NCBI GenBank assembly: GCA_016869375.1
Contig: VGEH01000006.1
Location: 1-59,539 of the forward strand
Origin: Alphaproteobacteria bacterium
GTDB lineage: Bacteria > Pseudomonadota > Alphaproteobacteria > SHVZ01
Reading direction: 5' to 3'
DNA length: 59,539 nucleotides
Below the pieces are notes generated by a model. That model searched no databases, had not been told where the DNA came from, and saw only the letters and a list, made by a program, of their open reading frames with translations. A program made the translations under genes and the position numbers. Shown here piece after piece: positions 38,665 to 48,813 of this stretch (its first letter is position 1; the number at the start of each line of letters is the position of its first letter).

Positions 38665-39804
38665 ATGTCCGACAGAGAAATCCTCGATGCCGTCGACCGC
38701 TTCCTCGACCGCGAGGTGCGCCCGCATGTCGCCAGTCTCGAGCATGACGACATCTGGCCGGAGGCGATCGTCGAGGGCATGGCCGCGCTCGGCCTCTTCG
38801 GCGCGACGATCTCTCCCGATCATGGCGGCCTCGGCCTCTCGGCCGAGACCTATGCCCGGATCGTCGAGCGCGTGGCGCGCGTTTGGATGTCGCTCGCCGG
38901 TATCTTCAACTCGCATCTGATCGCCGCATCCGCGGTCGAGCGCTTCGGCACCGAGGCTCAGAGGCGTGCTTTCCTTCCGGAGATGGCTTCGGGCGCCAAG
39001 CGCGGCGGTCTCGGGCTCACCGAGCCCGATTGCGGCACCGACCTCCAGGCGATCCGCATGCGCGCCATGCGCGACGGCAATGCAGGCTATGTCCTGAACG
39101 GCACCAAGACCTGGATCTCCAACGGGCAGCAGGGCCAGGTCTTCGCCGTGCTGGTCAAGACCGACCCGAACGCACTGCCGGTCCATCGCGGCATGAGCCT
39201 CTTCCTGCTGGAGAAGGGCGAGGGCTTCACCTCGGGGCGCAAGTTCGAGAAGCTGGGATACAAGGGCATCGACTCGGCCGAGCTGATCTTCGAGAACCAC
39301 CGCGCCAGCCCCGACCGCCTGATCGGCGGCGTCGAAGGCAAAGGCCTCGCACATACGCTGGCGGCGCTCGAGCTCGGCCGCATCAATGTCGCCGCCCGCG
39401 GCGTCGGCGTCGCCCAGGCCGCGCTCGACGAGGCCGTGCGCTACTCGCAGATCCGCAAGACCTTCGGCAAGCCGATCTGCGAGCACCAGGCGATCCAGCT
39501 CAAGCTCGCCGACATGGCGACACGCACGGAGGCAGCGCGGCTGCTGACCGACTCGGCGGCGCGCGCCTATGATCGCGGCGGCCGCACCTCGCTGGAGACC
39601 AGCATGGCCAAGCTCTTCGCCTCCGAGGCCGCGGTCGAGAACAGCCTGGACGCCATGCGCGTCCATGGCGGCTACGGGTACTCCAAGGAGTTCCCGGTCG
39701 AGCGCCTCTATCGCGATGCGCCGTTGCTGGTGATCGGCGAAGGAACGAGCGAGGTGCAGAGGATGGTGATCGCTCGTCAATTGATCGAGCGGAACCCGGT
39801 CTAG
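38665..39804 (+). CDS. Acyl-CoA dehydrogenase
   Basis: LTEPDCGTD, NGTKTWISN, HGGYGY and IGEGTSEVQ. Confidence 0.92.
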   Translation: MSDREILDAVDRFLDREVRPHVASLEHDDIWPEAIVEGMAALGLFGATISPDHGGLGLSAETYARIVERVARVWMSLAGIFNSHLIAASAVERFGTEAQRRAFLPEMASGAKRGGLGLTEPDCGTDLQAIRMRAMRDGNAGYVLNGTKTWISNGQQGQVFAVLVKTDPNALPVHRGMSLFLLEKGEGFTSGRKFEKLGYKGIDSAELIFENHRASPDRLIGGVEGKGLAHTLAALELGRINVAARGVGVAQAALDEAVRYSQIRKTFGKPICEHQAIQLKLADMATRTEAARLLTDSAARAYDRGGRTSLETSMAKLFASEAAVENSLDAMRVHGGYGYSKEFPVERLYRDAPLLVIGEGTSEVQRMVIARQLIERNPV

Positions 39805-40607
39805 CGGCGCGCGAGGATCCGCTTCGCCCTGGTTACTACCGGCGCATCCACCATCTTCCCGTCGACTTGCACTGCACCTAGGCCGTCGCGCTCCGCGGCT
39901 TCTGCCGCCGCGACGATACGTTCCGCTTCGGCGATCTCCGCTTCCGTCGGCGCGAAGGCCGCTCTGACGACTGAGATCTGATCCGGATGGATGCAGAGCT
40001 TGCCCTGGAAACCCATGCGCCTCGCGCGCTCGCAGGAGAGCTTCAGCGCGTCGAGATCGCGGAAATCCGGCGAGGGGGAGTCGATTGGCGGCTCGCGGCC
40101 GGCAAGCCTGGAGGCGAGCACGATCATCGCGCGATAGGGGGCAAGTTCCGCCTCGTCCGTGCCCGGGGTGAGGCCGAGATCGAGCGCGAGGTCGAGCGCA
40201 CCGAAGGAGAGGCGGCGGACATTCGTGCTCGCGCGTGCGATCTCCTCGGCGGCCTTGAGGCCCTTGGCCGTCTCGATCATCGGCAGGAGATCGGCTTTCG
40301 GCGCATAGGCCGCGACCTGCCCGACGTCGGCAGCGCTCTCGCATTTCGGGATGGCGATGCCGTCGATGTTGGGCGGCAGGCCGTTCAGGTCGGCGACGCC
40401 GTGATAGCTCGACAGCGCGTTGATGCGGACGAACAGGCGTGTCCGCCGCGGCAGTGCCGCCGCAGATGCGAGTGCGTTGCGCGCGGCGACCTTCTCGGCT
40501 TCGGCGACCGCATCCTCGAGATCGAGGATCGCGACATCGGCCTCGGAGCCGAGGGCCTTCTCCACCCGGCGCGGATGGTTGGCCGGCGCGAAGAGGAGGC
40601 TACGCAC
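39801..40607 (-). CDS. CitE/HpcH family CoA-ester lyase
   Basis: RSLLFAPA, LDLEDAV, MIETA, GKLCIHPDQ and GKMVDAP. Confidence 0.9.
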   Translation of the reverse strand: MRSLLFAPANHPRRVEKALGSEADVAILDLEDAVAEAEKVAARNALASAAALPRRTRLFVRINALSSYHGVADLNGLPPNIDGIAIPKCESAADVGQVAAYAPKADLLPMIETAKGLKAAEEIARASTNVRRLSFGALDLALDLGLTPGTDEAELAPYRAMIVLASRLAGREPPIDSPSPDFRDLDALKLSCERARRMGFQGKLCIHPDQISVVRAAFAPTEAEIAEAERIVAAAEAAERDGLGAVQVDGKMVDAPVVTRAKRILARR

Positions 40608-41886
40608 GCGCCGTCTCGGTGATCGGCTCGGGCTTTATGTTCCGGCTGAGCCAGATCAGCAGCAGCAGGCCGGGTATCGCCGCCAGAACCGTGAAGCCGA
40701 AGAACGGGACCCATCCCAGAGTTTCGGCGAGCCACCCGCCGGACGAAGAGAGCATCGTCCGCGCCGTCGCCGCGAGCGAGGAAAGAAGCGCGTATTGCGT
40801 CGCCGTGTAGGAGACGCTGCAGAGGCTCGAGAGGTATGCCACGAAGGCGGCAGAGCCCATGCCCCCGGTGATGTTCTCAGTCGCGATCGTAACCATCAGC
40901 ATTGTGACGTCGTAGCCGACCATCGCCTGTATCGCGAACATCAGGTTGGACAGCGCCTGCAGCACGCCGCAGACCATGAGGCCGCGCAGCAAGCCCAAGC
41001 GATAGGTGACGACGCCGCCGAGCGCGACGCCGACAAGGGTCGAGACAACGCCGAAGATCTTCGAGATGTTGGCGATCTCGATCTTGCTGAAGCCCATGGC
41101 GACGTAGAAGGGACTCGATACCGTGCCGGCAAGCGCATCGCCGAGCTTGTAGAGGACGACGAAGACGAGGATCAGCAGCCAGTTGGGGCGCGTGACGAAG
41201 TCGGCGAAGGGTGCGAAGACCGCGTCCGCGATCCAGCCGCTGATGCCGGGCCGGGTCGGCGCGAGCGCTTCGGTCGCCGCCGGCTCGCGTGTGAACAGCA
41301 CGGTCAGGATGCCGACCGCCATCAGCGCGCCCATCGTCGCGTAGGTCACCTGCCAGCCGAAGAAGGTGGCGAGGTAGAGCGCGCCGGCGCCGGCGGCGAG
41401 CATGCCGAAGCGGTACCCCACCTGCGTCGCGGCGGCGCCGGCCGCCTGCTCGCGGTCTTCGAGCAGCTCGACGCGATAGGCGTCCAGCACGATGTCCTGG
41501 CTCGCTGAGAGGAAGGCGACGGCGACGGCGCCGAGCGCCGTCCACCACGGATCGATACGAGGATCGGCGAGGCCGAGGACGAAGATTGCAAGCCCCAGCA
41601 GCACCTGGATCAGCACGGCCCAGCCCCGGCGGCGGCCGAGAAGGCGGGTCAGGACAGGCAGGGGCAGGCGGTCGATCAGGGGCGACCAGACGAATTTGAA
41701 GTTATAGGCGGTGCCGACCAGGGCGAAGAGTCCGATCGCGGTCAGCGACAGCCCGGCTTCGGCGAGCCAGACGCCTAGGGTCGCACCGGTCAGCGCCAGC
41801 GGCAGGCCGCTCGAGAACCCCATCAGCAGGATGGCGAGGAGCCGCGGCTCTCGGTAGATCGCGAGCGAGCCGAACCAGCCGGTCAT
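40600..41886 (-). CDS. ampG: AmpG family muropeptide permease
   Basis: GFSSGLP, KFVWSPL, SASQDIVLDAYRVE and TATQYALLSSL. Confidence 0.9.
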   Translation of the reverse strand: MTGWFGSLAIYREPRLLAILLMGFSSGLPLALTGATLGVWLAEAGLSLTAIGLFALVGTAYNFKFVWSPLIDRLPLPVLTRLLGRRRGWAVLIQVLLGLAIFVLGLADPRIDPWWTALGAVAVAFLSASQDIVLDAYRVELLEDREQAAGAAATQVGYRFGMLAAGAGALYLATFFGWQVTYATMGALMAVGILTVLFTREPAATEALAPTRPGISGWIADAVFAPFADFVTRPNWLLILVFVVLYKLGDALAGTVSSPFYVAMGFSKIEIANISKIFGVVSTLVGVALGGVVTYRLGLLRGLMVCGVLQALSNLMFAIQAMVGYDVTMLMVTIATENITGGMGSAAFVAYLSSLCSVSYTATQYALLSSLAATARTMLSSSGGWLAETLGWVPFFGFTVLAAIPGLLLLIWLSRNIKPEPITETARA

Positions 41887-42872
41887 GCGCTGACCTGCGC
41901 CATCAGTTCGGCGAGGCTCGCCTGCGGCCGCGGGCCGACATGCGAGATGACCTCGGCGGCGCAGATGGCGGCGATGTGCCCGGCACGTTCGACGCCGAGC
42001 CCGTGGGTCACGCCGTAGAGGAAGCCGGAGGCGTAGAGGTCGCCGGCGCCAGTGGTGTCGACGACGCGCGTCGGCATCGGCGGGATCGTGTGCCAATTCT
42101 CGGTGTCGAAGACGATCGAGCCCTTCTCGCTTCGGGTCAGCGCCCCGGTCTTGCCGAGCTTGCGCACGCACTCGGCCGCGTCCTCGAAGATCGAGGTGCG
42201 GTAGAGCGTCTTGATCTCCGCCTCGTTGGCGAAAAGGATGTCGACGTGGTCGCGCACCAGATCGAGAAAGCTCTGGTGATGGCGCTCGACGCAGAAGGAG
42301 TCTGAGAGCGTGAGCGCCACCTTGCGCCCGGCATCATGGGCAAGGCGCGCCGCCTTGAGGAAGGCTTCCTTCGCCGCCGGCCGGTCCCAGAGATAGCCCT
42401 CGAGATACAGTACCTGTCCGCCGCCGACGATCTCCGCGGTGACGTCGTCGGGCGTGAGCTCGACGCAAGCGCCGAGATAGGTGTTCATCGTCCGGTGCCC
42501 GTCGGGCGTGATCAGGATGAAGGATCGCGCCGTCGGCTCGCTGCCGACGAGGCGTGGTGTCTCGAAATGGATGCCGCCGGCCTTGAGGTCGTGGGCGAAG
42601 ATGTCGCCGAGCTGGTCGTCGGCGACCTTGCCGATATAGGCGGCGGTGCCGCCCAGCGAGGCAATACCGGCGGCCGTGTTCGCGGCCGAGCCGCCCGATT
42701 GCTGGATCGCCGGCCCGATCGCGTCATAGAGCGTCTGGGCGCGTTCCGCGTCGATCAGCATCATCGAGTCCTTGGCCATGCCGTGGCGGGCGAGGAACTC
42801 GTCCTCGGCATGAGCCAGCACGTCGACGATGGCGTTGCCGATGCAGACGACATCCCATCTCGAATCCGCCAT
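41883..42872 (-). CDS. Adenosine kinase (PfkB family)
   Basis: GNAIVD, SGGSAANT and VDTTGAGDLYASG. Confidence 0.9.
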   Translation of the reverse strand: MADSRWDVVCIGNAIVDVLAHAEDEFLARHGMAKDSMMLIDAERAQTLYDAIGPAIQQSGGSAANTAAGIASLGGTAAYIGKVADDQLGDIFAHDLKAGGIHFETPRLVGSEPTARSFILITPDGHRTMNTYLGACVELTPDDVTAEIVGGGQVLYLEGYLWDRPAAKEAFLKAARLAHDAGRKVALTLSDSFCVERHHQSFLDLVRDHVDILFANEAEIKTLYRTSIFEDAAECVRKLGKTGALTRSEKGSIVFDTENWHTIPPMPTRVVDTTGAGDLYASGFLYGVTHGLGVERAGHIAAICAAEVISHVGPRPQASLAELMAQVSA

Positions 42873-43021
42873 GAGCCTGCTTCCCCGATGAATGAACGGA
42901 TAAGCCCTCACTATGTTGCGAGCGGCCCCGTCAACGCAACCGGCGCCGCTGGTTCGCGGTCCGGAATGCCGGTACTCTCGTGGTCGGCGCGGGGGAACCT
43001 AGGATCGCGGGAGACTCGCAG

Positions 43022-43381
43022 ATGGCTCTGAAGACTCGATTTGCTCTGGTCGCCGCAGCGGCCGCCCTCATCGGCGCGGCGCCGGTTCTCGCCCATCATG
43101 GCTGGGGCAGCTACGACGCCGCCAAGCCCCTCACCATCACCGGCCCGATCAAGCACAGCACATACCAGTATCCGCATGTGCATGTGATGATCGACCACGA
43201 GGGCAACACCTGGGAGATCACCCTGGCGCCGCCCTCGAGGATGGAAGCGCGGCGCGCTGTGCTCGCTGTCGTCAAAGAGGGCAACGTGATGGCGGCTTAT
43301 GGCTATGCCAGCACGGCTCGGCCGCACGAAATGCGTGCCGAGCGCATCACCGTCGACGGCAAGACGTATGAAATGCGCTGA
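43022..43381 (+). CDS. Secreted DUF6152-like protein
   Basis: The signal peptide ends ..APVLA and the mature start is HHGWGSYD. PHVHV motif. Confidence 0.7.
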   Translation: MALKTRFALVAAAAALIGAAPVLAHHGWGSYDAAKPLTITGPIKHSTYQYPHVHVMIDHEGNTWEITLAPPSRMEARRAVLAVVKEGNVMAAYGYASTARPHEMRAERITVDGKTYEMR

Positions 43382-43396
43382 CGGCGGGATGCGCTG

Positions 43397-43873
43397 ATGG
43401 GCGGGCTTTTTCTCGCGCTCGAGCAATCCGGCCTCGGCGCGGCGATGCGGGAGTCGTCGTTCCTCTATCCGCTCGCCAACGTGCTCCATATCGTCGGGCT
43501 TGTCTGTTTCGCCGGCGCGATCGCGATCATGGATGCACGGCTGATGGGCGCCTTCGAGGCGCTACCGCTCAGGTCTTTCGTCAGCCGCTGGCGCAAAGTC
43601 GCGATGGCGGCCTTCGCCGTGCAGATCGTCAGCGGATTCATGCTGTTCTCGGCTGAGGCCTCGGCGATCATCGATAACCCGGTATTCCAGCTCAAGCTGC
43701 TGCTGATCGCGATCGGCCTCGGCAATGTCGTCGTCTTCGAGCTGGTGACGAAGCCAGGTATCGCCGGCTGGCAGGGCGGACAACCGCCGATGATCGCCAA
43801 GATCTCGGGTGCGGTGTCGCTTCTGGCCTGGATCGCTGTCGCTGCCGCTGGGCGCTTGATCGCGTACTTCTAG
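43397..43873 (+). CDS. DUF6644-like 4-TM membrane protein
   Basis: YPLANVLHIVGL, DARLMG, SGFMLF, NPVFQLK and GRLIAYF. Confidence 0.7.
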   Translation: MGGLFLALEQSGLGAAMRESSFLYPLANVLHIVGLVCFAGAIAIMDARLMGAFEALPLRSFVSRWRKVAMAAFAVQIVSGFMLFSAEASAIIDNPVFQLKLLLIAIGLGNVVVFELVTKPGIAGWQGGQPPMIAKISGAVSLLAWIAVAAAGRLIAYF

Positions 43874-44548
43874 GTGCTGAGCGCACTTAGCAACGCGGTC
43901 GGCCAGCTCGGCGACCCGCCCTTCCGCCGCCTCCTGCTGATCGGGATCGGCGCCTCTCTCCTGCTTCTCGTCACGCTCGCCGCGGGCGTCTCCTTTCTCC
44001 TCGCCTACGCCGTGCCGGAATCCTGGGTCTGGGCGACGGCGCCCGTCGCCATCTTCGGCGGGCTCGGCGGGCTGATTCTCGCTTGGCTGCTGTTCCCCGC
44101 GGCGAGCGCGCTGGCGGCTGGACTGCTCGGCGAGCGACTCGCCCGCGCGGTCGAGCGGTACCACTATCCGTCGGCGCCGCCTTCGCGCCCCGGTGGTGCC
44201 ATCGAGGGCATCGGCGCGACCCTCCGCATCGTGCTCGCCGGCCTGGTCCTGAATCTCCTGGCGATCCCCGTCTACTTCTTCGTGCCCGGCATCAACCTGA
44301 TCGTCTTCCTGCTGCTCAACGGCTACCTGATCTCGCGCGAATACTTCGAATCGGCTGCGATGCGTCGCTTCCCGGGCGATGTCGCGCGCACGCTCCGGCG
44401 TCGGCACGGGCTCGGGCTCTGGTTGGGCGGTGTCCTGCTCGCAGGCCTCCTGACCGTGCCTGGCCTCAATCTTTTCGTGCCCTATCTCGGCTTCGCCGCG
44501 ATGGTGCATCTGGTTGAGCGAGAGCGCATTCGCCAAGCCGCCGGATGA
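43874..44548 (+). CDS. EI24/CysZ-like membrane protein
   Basis: AVERYHYP, NGYLISREYF and VPGLNL..P, in a hydrophobic protein. Confidence 0.8.
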   Translation: MLSALSNAVGQLGDPPFRRLLLIGIGASLLLLVTLAAGVSFLLAYAVPESWVWATAPVAIFGGLGGLILAWLLFPAASALAAGLLGERLARAVERYHYPSAPPSRPGGAIEGIGATLRIVLAGLVLNLLAIPVYFFVPGINLIVFLLLNGYLISREYFESAAMRRFPGDVARTLRRRHGLGLWLGGVLLAGLLTVPGLNLFVPYLGFAAMVHLVERERIRQAAG

Positions 44549-44594
44549 TCTGGTATAGAACCGCAGCGTTCAGGACCAACCGGGACCTCCTCAT

Positions 44595-45155
44595 ATGTTC
44601 TTCAAGAAGAAGGGCGGCGATGACGGAACCGCCAAGGATCAACCAGCCGGCCTCGCACCGGCCACGACGCCGGCGACCGACGATCTTGCCGCCAAAGGTG
44701 CCTCAATGACCCAGCAGAAGCCCCCTGTCCCCGCCTTCAACACGGAAGTGCCCAAGCGCGTGGTCGACATTCCCGGCCCGGCACGCCGGCCCGAGCCGCC
44801 GAAGAAGCCGGAAGGCGAAACCAAGCGCCTGACCGTCGGCCGCGATATCATTCTCTCCGGCGAGATCACCTCTTGCGACGTGCTGGTGGTCGAGGGGCGC
44901 GTCGAAGCGACTCTCTCCAACAGCCATGCGATCGAGATCTCCTCGACCGGTCACTTCAAGGGCAAGGCCGAGATCGACGAAGCCGACATCAACGGCTCGT
45001 TCGACGGCACCCTGAGCGTCCGCAATCGCCTGCTGGTGCGCGCCAGCGGCAAGGTCACTGGCACGGTGCGCTACGGCCAGCTCGAGGTGGAGCGTGGCGG
45101 CGAGGTGACGGGTGACGTGCAGCTGGTCTCAGGCGGGACCTCGTCCACCAGCTAG
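44595..45155 (+). CDS. Bactofilin (polymer-forming cytoskeletal protein)
   Basis: Beta-helix pattern VGRDIILSGEI..L.VEG.V..G.V.YG.LEVERGG with a Pro-rich N-terminus. Confidence 0.88.
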   Translation: MFFKKKGGDDGTAKDQPAGLAPATTPATDDLAAKGASMTQQKPPVPAFNTEVPKRVVDIPGPARRPEPPKKPEGETKRLTVGRDIILSGEITSCDVLVVEGRVEATLSNSHAIEISSTGHFKGKAEIDEADINGSFDGTLSVRNRLLVRASGKVTGTVRYGQLEVERGGEVTGDVQLVSGGTSSTS

Positions 45156-45176
45156 CTGGAGTAGTCGGGGGGAAGC

Positions 45177-45596
45177 ATGTGGGGGGTGGGTCGTCTGGGC
45201 CTGTTGGTGGTGCTGGCCGTTGCCGCCTGCGCGCCGCCGCCGTCGAGCCCGACCAGCGTTGCCCCGACCCTGCCACCCTCGGCCACCGTTTGGCGTGACC
45301 AACCGAGTCATTCTCCCGGGCCGCCTGGAGCCAAACCGGGCGACGTGCTGACCCTGGTTGGGCTCCTCTCGCGCGACGTCGAGGGGTTGCTAGGGCGGCC
45401 GGCCTTCGTCAGGCGCGACGGTCCGGCACAGATCTGGCAGTACGGCACTCAAGCCTGCACGCTGAACCTCTTCTTCTACCGCGAAGGCGCGGTGCTCAGG
45501 GTCAGCCACTACGAGTTCCGCGACCGTAGCGCCGATCTCGCGCCGTCCGGCGGCTGCGACGGCATTACCGTCTCGATGGTGCAGAAGGCGCCTTAG
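45177..45596 (+). CDS. Hypothetical lipoprotein
   Basis: Lipobox VAAC and LLGRP.F.RRDG..QIWQY..C.L.LF.Y. Confidence 0.7.
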   Translation: MWGVGRLGLLVVLAVAACAPPPSSPTSVAPTLPPSATVWRDQPSHSPGPPGAKPGDVLTLVGLLSRDVEGLLGRPAFVRRDGPAQIWQYGTQACTLNLFFYREGAVLRVSHYEFRDRSADLAPSGGCDGITVSMVQKAP

Positions 45597-46228
45597 ACCG
45601 TCTTCTCTTTAAAGCGGCAGAGTTCGCGCACGACGCAGCGCGGGCAGTCCGGCAGGCGCGCCTTGCACACATAGCGCCCATGCAGGATCAACCAATGATG
45701 CGCATGGCGGCGATATGGCCCCGGCACCTTCCTCTCGAGCCCGGCCTCGACCTCGTCGGGCGTACGGCCGGGCGCCAGGCCCGCACGGTTGCCGACGCGG
45801 AAGACATGCGTGTCGACGGCGAAGGTCTCCTCGCCGAAGGCGATGTTGAGCACGACATTGGCGGTCTTGCGTCCGACGCCGGGAAGCGTCTGCAGCGTGT
45901 CCCGGTCCTTCGGCACCTGGCCGCCGTGGTGCTCGATCAGCATCTTCGAAAGCGCGATGACGTTCTTGGCCTTGGTGTTGTAGAGGCCGATCGTCTTGAT
46001 GTGCTTCTTGAGCCCGGCCTCGCCGAGCGCGATCATCTTCTCCGGCGTGTCGACGGTTTTGAAGAGCTCCTCGGTCGCCTTGTTCACGCCGGCGTCGGTC
46101 GCCTGCGCCGAGAGCACCACCGCGACGAGCAGAGTATAGGGATTGACGTAGTCGAGCTCGCCCTCCGGGTCGGGCGTGGCGGCCTTCAGCCGCGCGAAAA
46201 ATGCTTCAGGATCCGGGCCTCGGGCCAT
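45593..46228 (-). CDS. nth: Endonuclease III
   Basis: LSAQATD, LPGVGRKTANV (HhH) and C.ARLP.C..C.....C for the 4Fe-4S cluster. Confidence 0.95.
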   Translation of the reverse strand: MARGPDPEAFFARLKAATPDPEGELDYVNPYTLLVAVVLSAQATDAGVNKATEELFKTVDTPEKMIALGEAGLKKHIKTIGLYNTKAKNVIALSKMLIEHHGGQVPKDRDTLQTLPGVGRKTANVVLNIAFGEETFAVDTHVFRVGNRAGLAPGRTPDEVEAGLERKVPGPYRRHAHHWLILHGRYVCKARLPDCPRCVVRELCRFKEKTV

Positions 46229-46340
46229 GGCGGCGGCCAGGGTCACGAAGCGAGCCCCTACTGTCAATGTGGTTGAACGAAGCTGCGCGCTTGACCATCT
46301 TCAAGGCTCGACAGGCAAGGAAGTCCCCCGGGGAAACCTC

Positions 46341-46901
46341 ATGTTCATTCAGACCGAGTACACGCCGAATCCGGCGACCCTCAAATTCCTGCCCGGCCGC
46401 GAGGTCATGAAGTCCGGCACCGCCGACTTCGCTGACGCCGCCGCGGCCGGCAAGTCGCCGCTTGCCGAGACGCTGTTCGGCATCGACGGGATCGAGCGGG
46501 TCTTCTTCGGCTCCGATTTTGTCACCGTCACCAAGCGTGAGGACAAGGAGTGGGCGGTGGTCAAACCGGCGGTGCTCGGCGCGATCATGGACCACTACAC
46601 CGCAGGCAAGCCGATCCTGCTCGAGGGCGCCGAGACGGCGAAGACACCGGTCGTTGCCGATGGCGAGAATGCCGAGATCGTCGAGCAGATCATCGAGCTG
46701 ATCGACACCCGCGTCCGTCCCGCGGTTGCCCAGGATGGCGGCGACATCATCTTCAAGGACTTCAAGGACGGCGTGGTCACGCTGCATATGCAGGGCTCCT
46801 GCCAGGGCTGCCCGAGCTCGACCGCGACGCTCAAGATGGGCATCGAGAACATGCTCAAGCACTATATCCCCGAGGTCATCGAGGTCCGCGCGGAGGCCTG
46901 A
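46341..46901 (+). CDS. NifU/Nfu family Fe-S cluster carrier
   Basis: MFIQTEYTPNP, RPAVAQDGGDI and GSCQGCPSS. Confidence 0.93.
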   Translation: MFIQTEYTPNPATLKFLPGREVMKSGTADFADAAAAGKSPLAETLFGIDGIERVFFGSDFVTVTKREDKEWAVVKPAVLGAIMDHYTAGKPILLEGAETAKTPVVADGENAEIVEQIIELIDTRVRPAVAQDGGDIIFKDFKDGVVTLHMQGSCQGCPSSTATLKMGIENMLKHYIPEVIEVRAEA

Positions 46902-47003
46902 AGTCCCGGGCGGCTTCTCGCCGCGCCCCGCTTCCGCTAGAACGCATCGCGGCGTCGCCTTGATGGCGGCGCCGCTGCCGTTTTGAGGAAGACGAAGAGA
47001 CCG

Positions 47004-47681
47004 ATGGGCGGGACGGCGCGACGGGTTCTGGCGATCGATGCGGCGTTCGCGGCGTGCTCCGTCGCGGTGCTGGCCGATGGAGACGTTGCGGGCCAGCGCT
47101 TCGAGGCGATGACGCGCGGCCATGCCGAGCGCCTCCTGCCGATGGTGCGCGAGGTCATGGCCGCAGCGGGCTTCGGCTTCGAGACGCTCGACCTGATCGC
47201 GGTAACGATCGGGCCTGGGCATTTCACCGGCCTTCGCGTCGGGCTCTCGGCGGCCCAGGGCCTGTCGCTCGCGCTCGATCGACCGCTCGCCGGCGTGACA
47301 ACGCTTGAGGCCGTCGCTGCGGCGTCTGCCGTGGACGAGCCGCTTGCCGTCGCGCTCGAGAGTAAGCGCGCGGATCTCTATCTGCAGGTTTTCAAGGGAG
47401 GCCAAGCTCTGACCGAGGCGGCATCGACCTTGCCCGAGCGGCTCGCCGCCTTTCCCTGGCCGGAGGGCGAGATCGCGCTCGCCGGCGATGGCGCGGCCAG
47501 GCTTGCGCCGATCCTCGCCTTCGCCGGCCGGCGGTGGCGTCGCGTCGGCCCGGATCTTCCTGATGCGGCAACCGTCGCCCGCATCGCGACATCGCGGCAG
47601 GGAACGATCGCCGCGCGCGCCGCCGAGCCGCTTTATCTCAGGCCGCCCGACGTGACCCTCCCGAAGGAGCGCGCGCGATGA
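47004..47681 (+). CDS. tsaB: t6A biosynthesis protein TsaB
   Basis: LAIDA, GHAERL, GPGHFTGLRVG and PLYLRPPD. Confidence 0.9.
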   Translation: MGGTARRVLAIDAAFAACSVAVLADGDVAGQRFEAMTRGHAERLLPMVREVMAAAGFGFETLDLIAVTIGPGHFTGLRVGLSAAQGLSLALDRPLAGVTTLEAVAAASAVDEPLAVALESKRADLYLQVFKGGQALTEAASTLPERLAAFPWPEGEIALAGDGAARLAPILAFAGRRWRRVGPDLPDAATVARIATSRQGTIAARAAEPLYLRPPDVTLPKERAR

Positions 47682-48142
47682 CGCGCTCGACGGTCGTGCT
47701 TGCCGGGATCGAGGATGTCGAGCGTCTGGCCGAGATGCAGGCGACCTGCTTCGACGAGCCCTGGGGCAGCGCCAGCATTGCGAAGACGCTCAGCCTGCCG
47801 GGTGCCTTCGCCATGGTGCTGCGGGACACGACGCCGGCGGGCCGGATCTCGGCGGGTTTTGCCATCGTGCAGGTCGTCACCGATCAGGCGGACCTGCTGA
47901 CCCTTGGCGTCGTCCCGGGCCTTCGCCGGCGAGGGTATGGCAAGCGGCTGCTGGCTGCGGCGCTGGCGGAGGCTACGAAGCGGGGCGCCAAGTTGGTATT
48001 TCTCGAAGTTGCCGAGAACAACTTGGGCGGCGTCGCTCTATACCGCCGTGCCGGCTTCGAGACCATGGGGCGGCGCGAGGGTTATTATCGCGACCGCGAG
48101 GGGCGGAGGGTGGCTGCGGTCACCATGCGGCGGGAGATTTAG
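47678..48142 (+). CDS. rimI: RimI-like GNAT acetyltransferase
   Basis: RRRGYG, FLEVAENN and G.REGYY. It follows tsaB. Confidence 0.8.
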   Translation: MTRSTVVLAGIEDVERLAEMQATCFDEPWGSASIAKTLSLPGAFAMVLRDTTPAGRISAGFAIVQVVTDQADLLTLGVVPGLRRRGYGKRLLAAALAEATKRGAKLVFLEVAENNLGGVALYRRAGFETMGRREGYYRDREGRRVAAVTMRREI

Positions 48143-48278
48143 TCTCCTTTATGTTTCTAGTCCGAAACCCGGCTTCTTCTGATTTCAATAATGCGTATTG
48201 AGATACCAATGAAATGTTGAGGAATAGTCTGTCGAACCCTATAATCACGACGATCCCCCTACACGAGGAATTCCTTCC

Positions 48279-48698
48279 ATGGCTGACCAGGCCGATACAA
48301 ACGAGATCCTGGCGCTCACCGCGGATATTGTCGCCGCTCATGTGTCCAACAACACAGTCGGTGTCGCGGAGCTGCCGCAACTGATTCAGCAGGTCTACGC
48401 TTCCCTTTCGACCTTGGGTCAGATCCCGGCGCCGGCGCCCGAGCGGCCGCATCCGGCAGTCCCGATCAAGAAGTCAGTGACACCCGAGTACATTATTTGC
48501 CTGGAGGACGGGAAGAAGCTGAAGATGCTGAAGCGGCATCTGAAGACGGCGTTCAATATGACGCCCGAGCAGTACCGCGAACGCTGGGGCCTGCCGCCGG
48601 ACTACCCCATGGTGGCGCCGAAATACGCCGAACAACGCAGCAAGCTCGCCAAGGACATCGGCCTCGGCACCCGGGCGCGTCGGCGGGGATCGAAGTAG
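48279..48698 (+). CDS. mucR: MucR/Ros zinc-finger transcriptional regulator
   Basis: TADIVAAHVSNN, CLEDGKKLKMLKRHL and YPMVAP.Y. Confidence 0.93.
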   Translation: MADQADTNEILALTADIVAAHVSNNTVGVAELPQLIQQVYASLSTLGQIPAPAPERPHPAVPIKKSVTPEYIICLEDGKKLKMLKRHLKTAFNMTPEQYRERWGLPPDYPMVAPKYAEQRSKLAKDIGLGTRARRRGSK

Positions 48699-48813
48699 TC
48701 GGGCATCGGCCCCGTTCGCCGCGGGGCGGGCCGGCGCAACTCAATCGCAGTCGCAAAAGCGCCGCACCAACGGCGCGATAATGGGTATTGGCAACCGGGA
48801 ATAGGGGCGGCGC

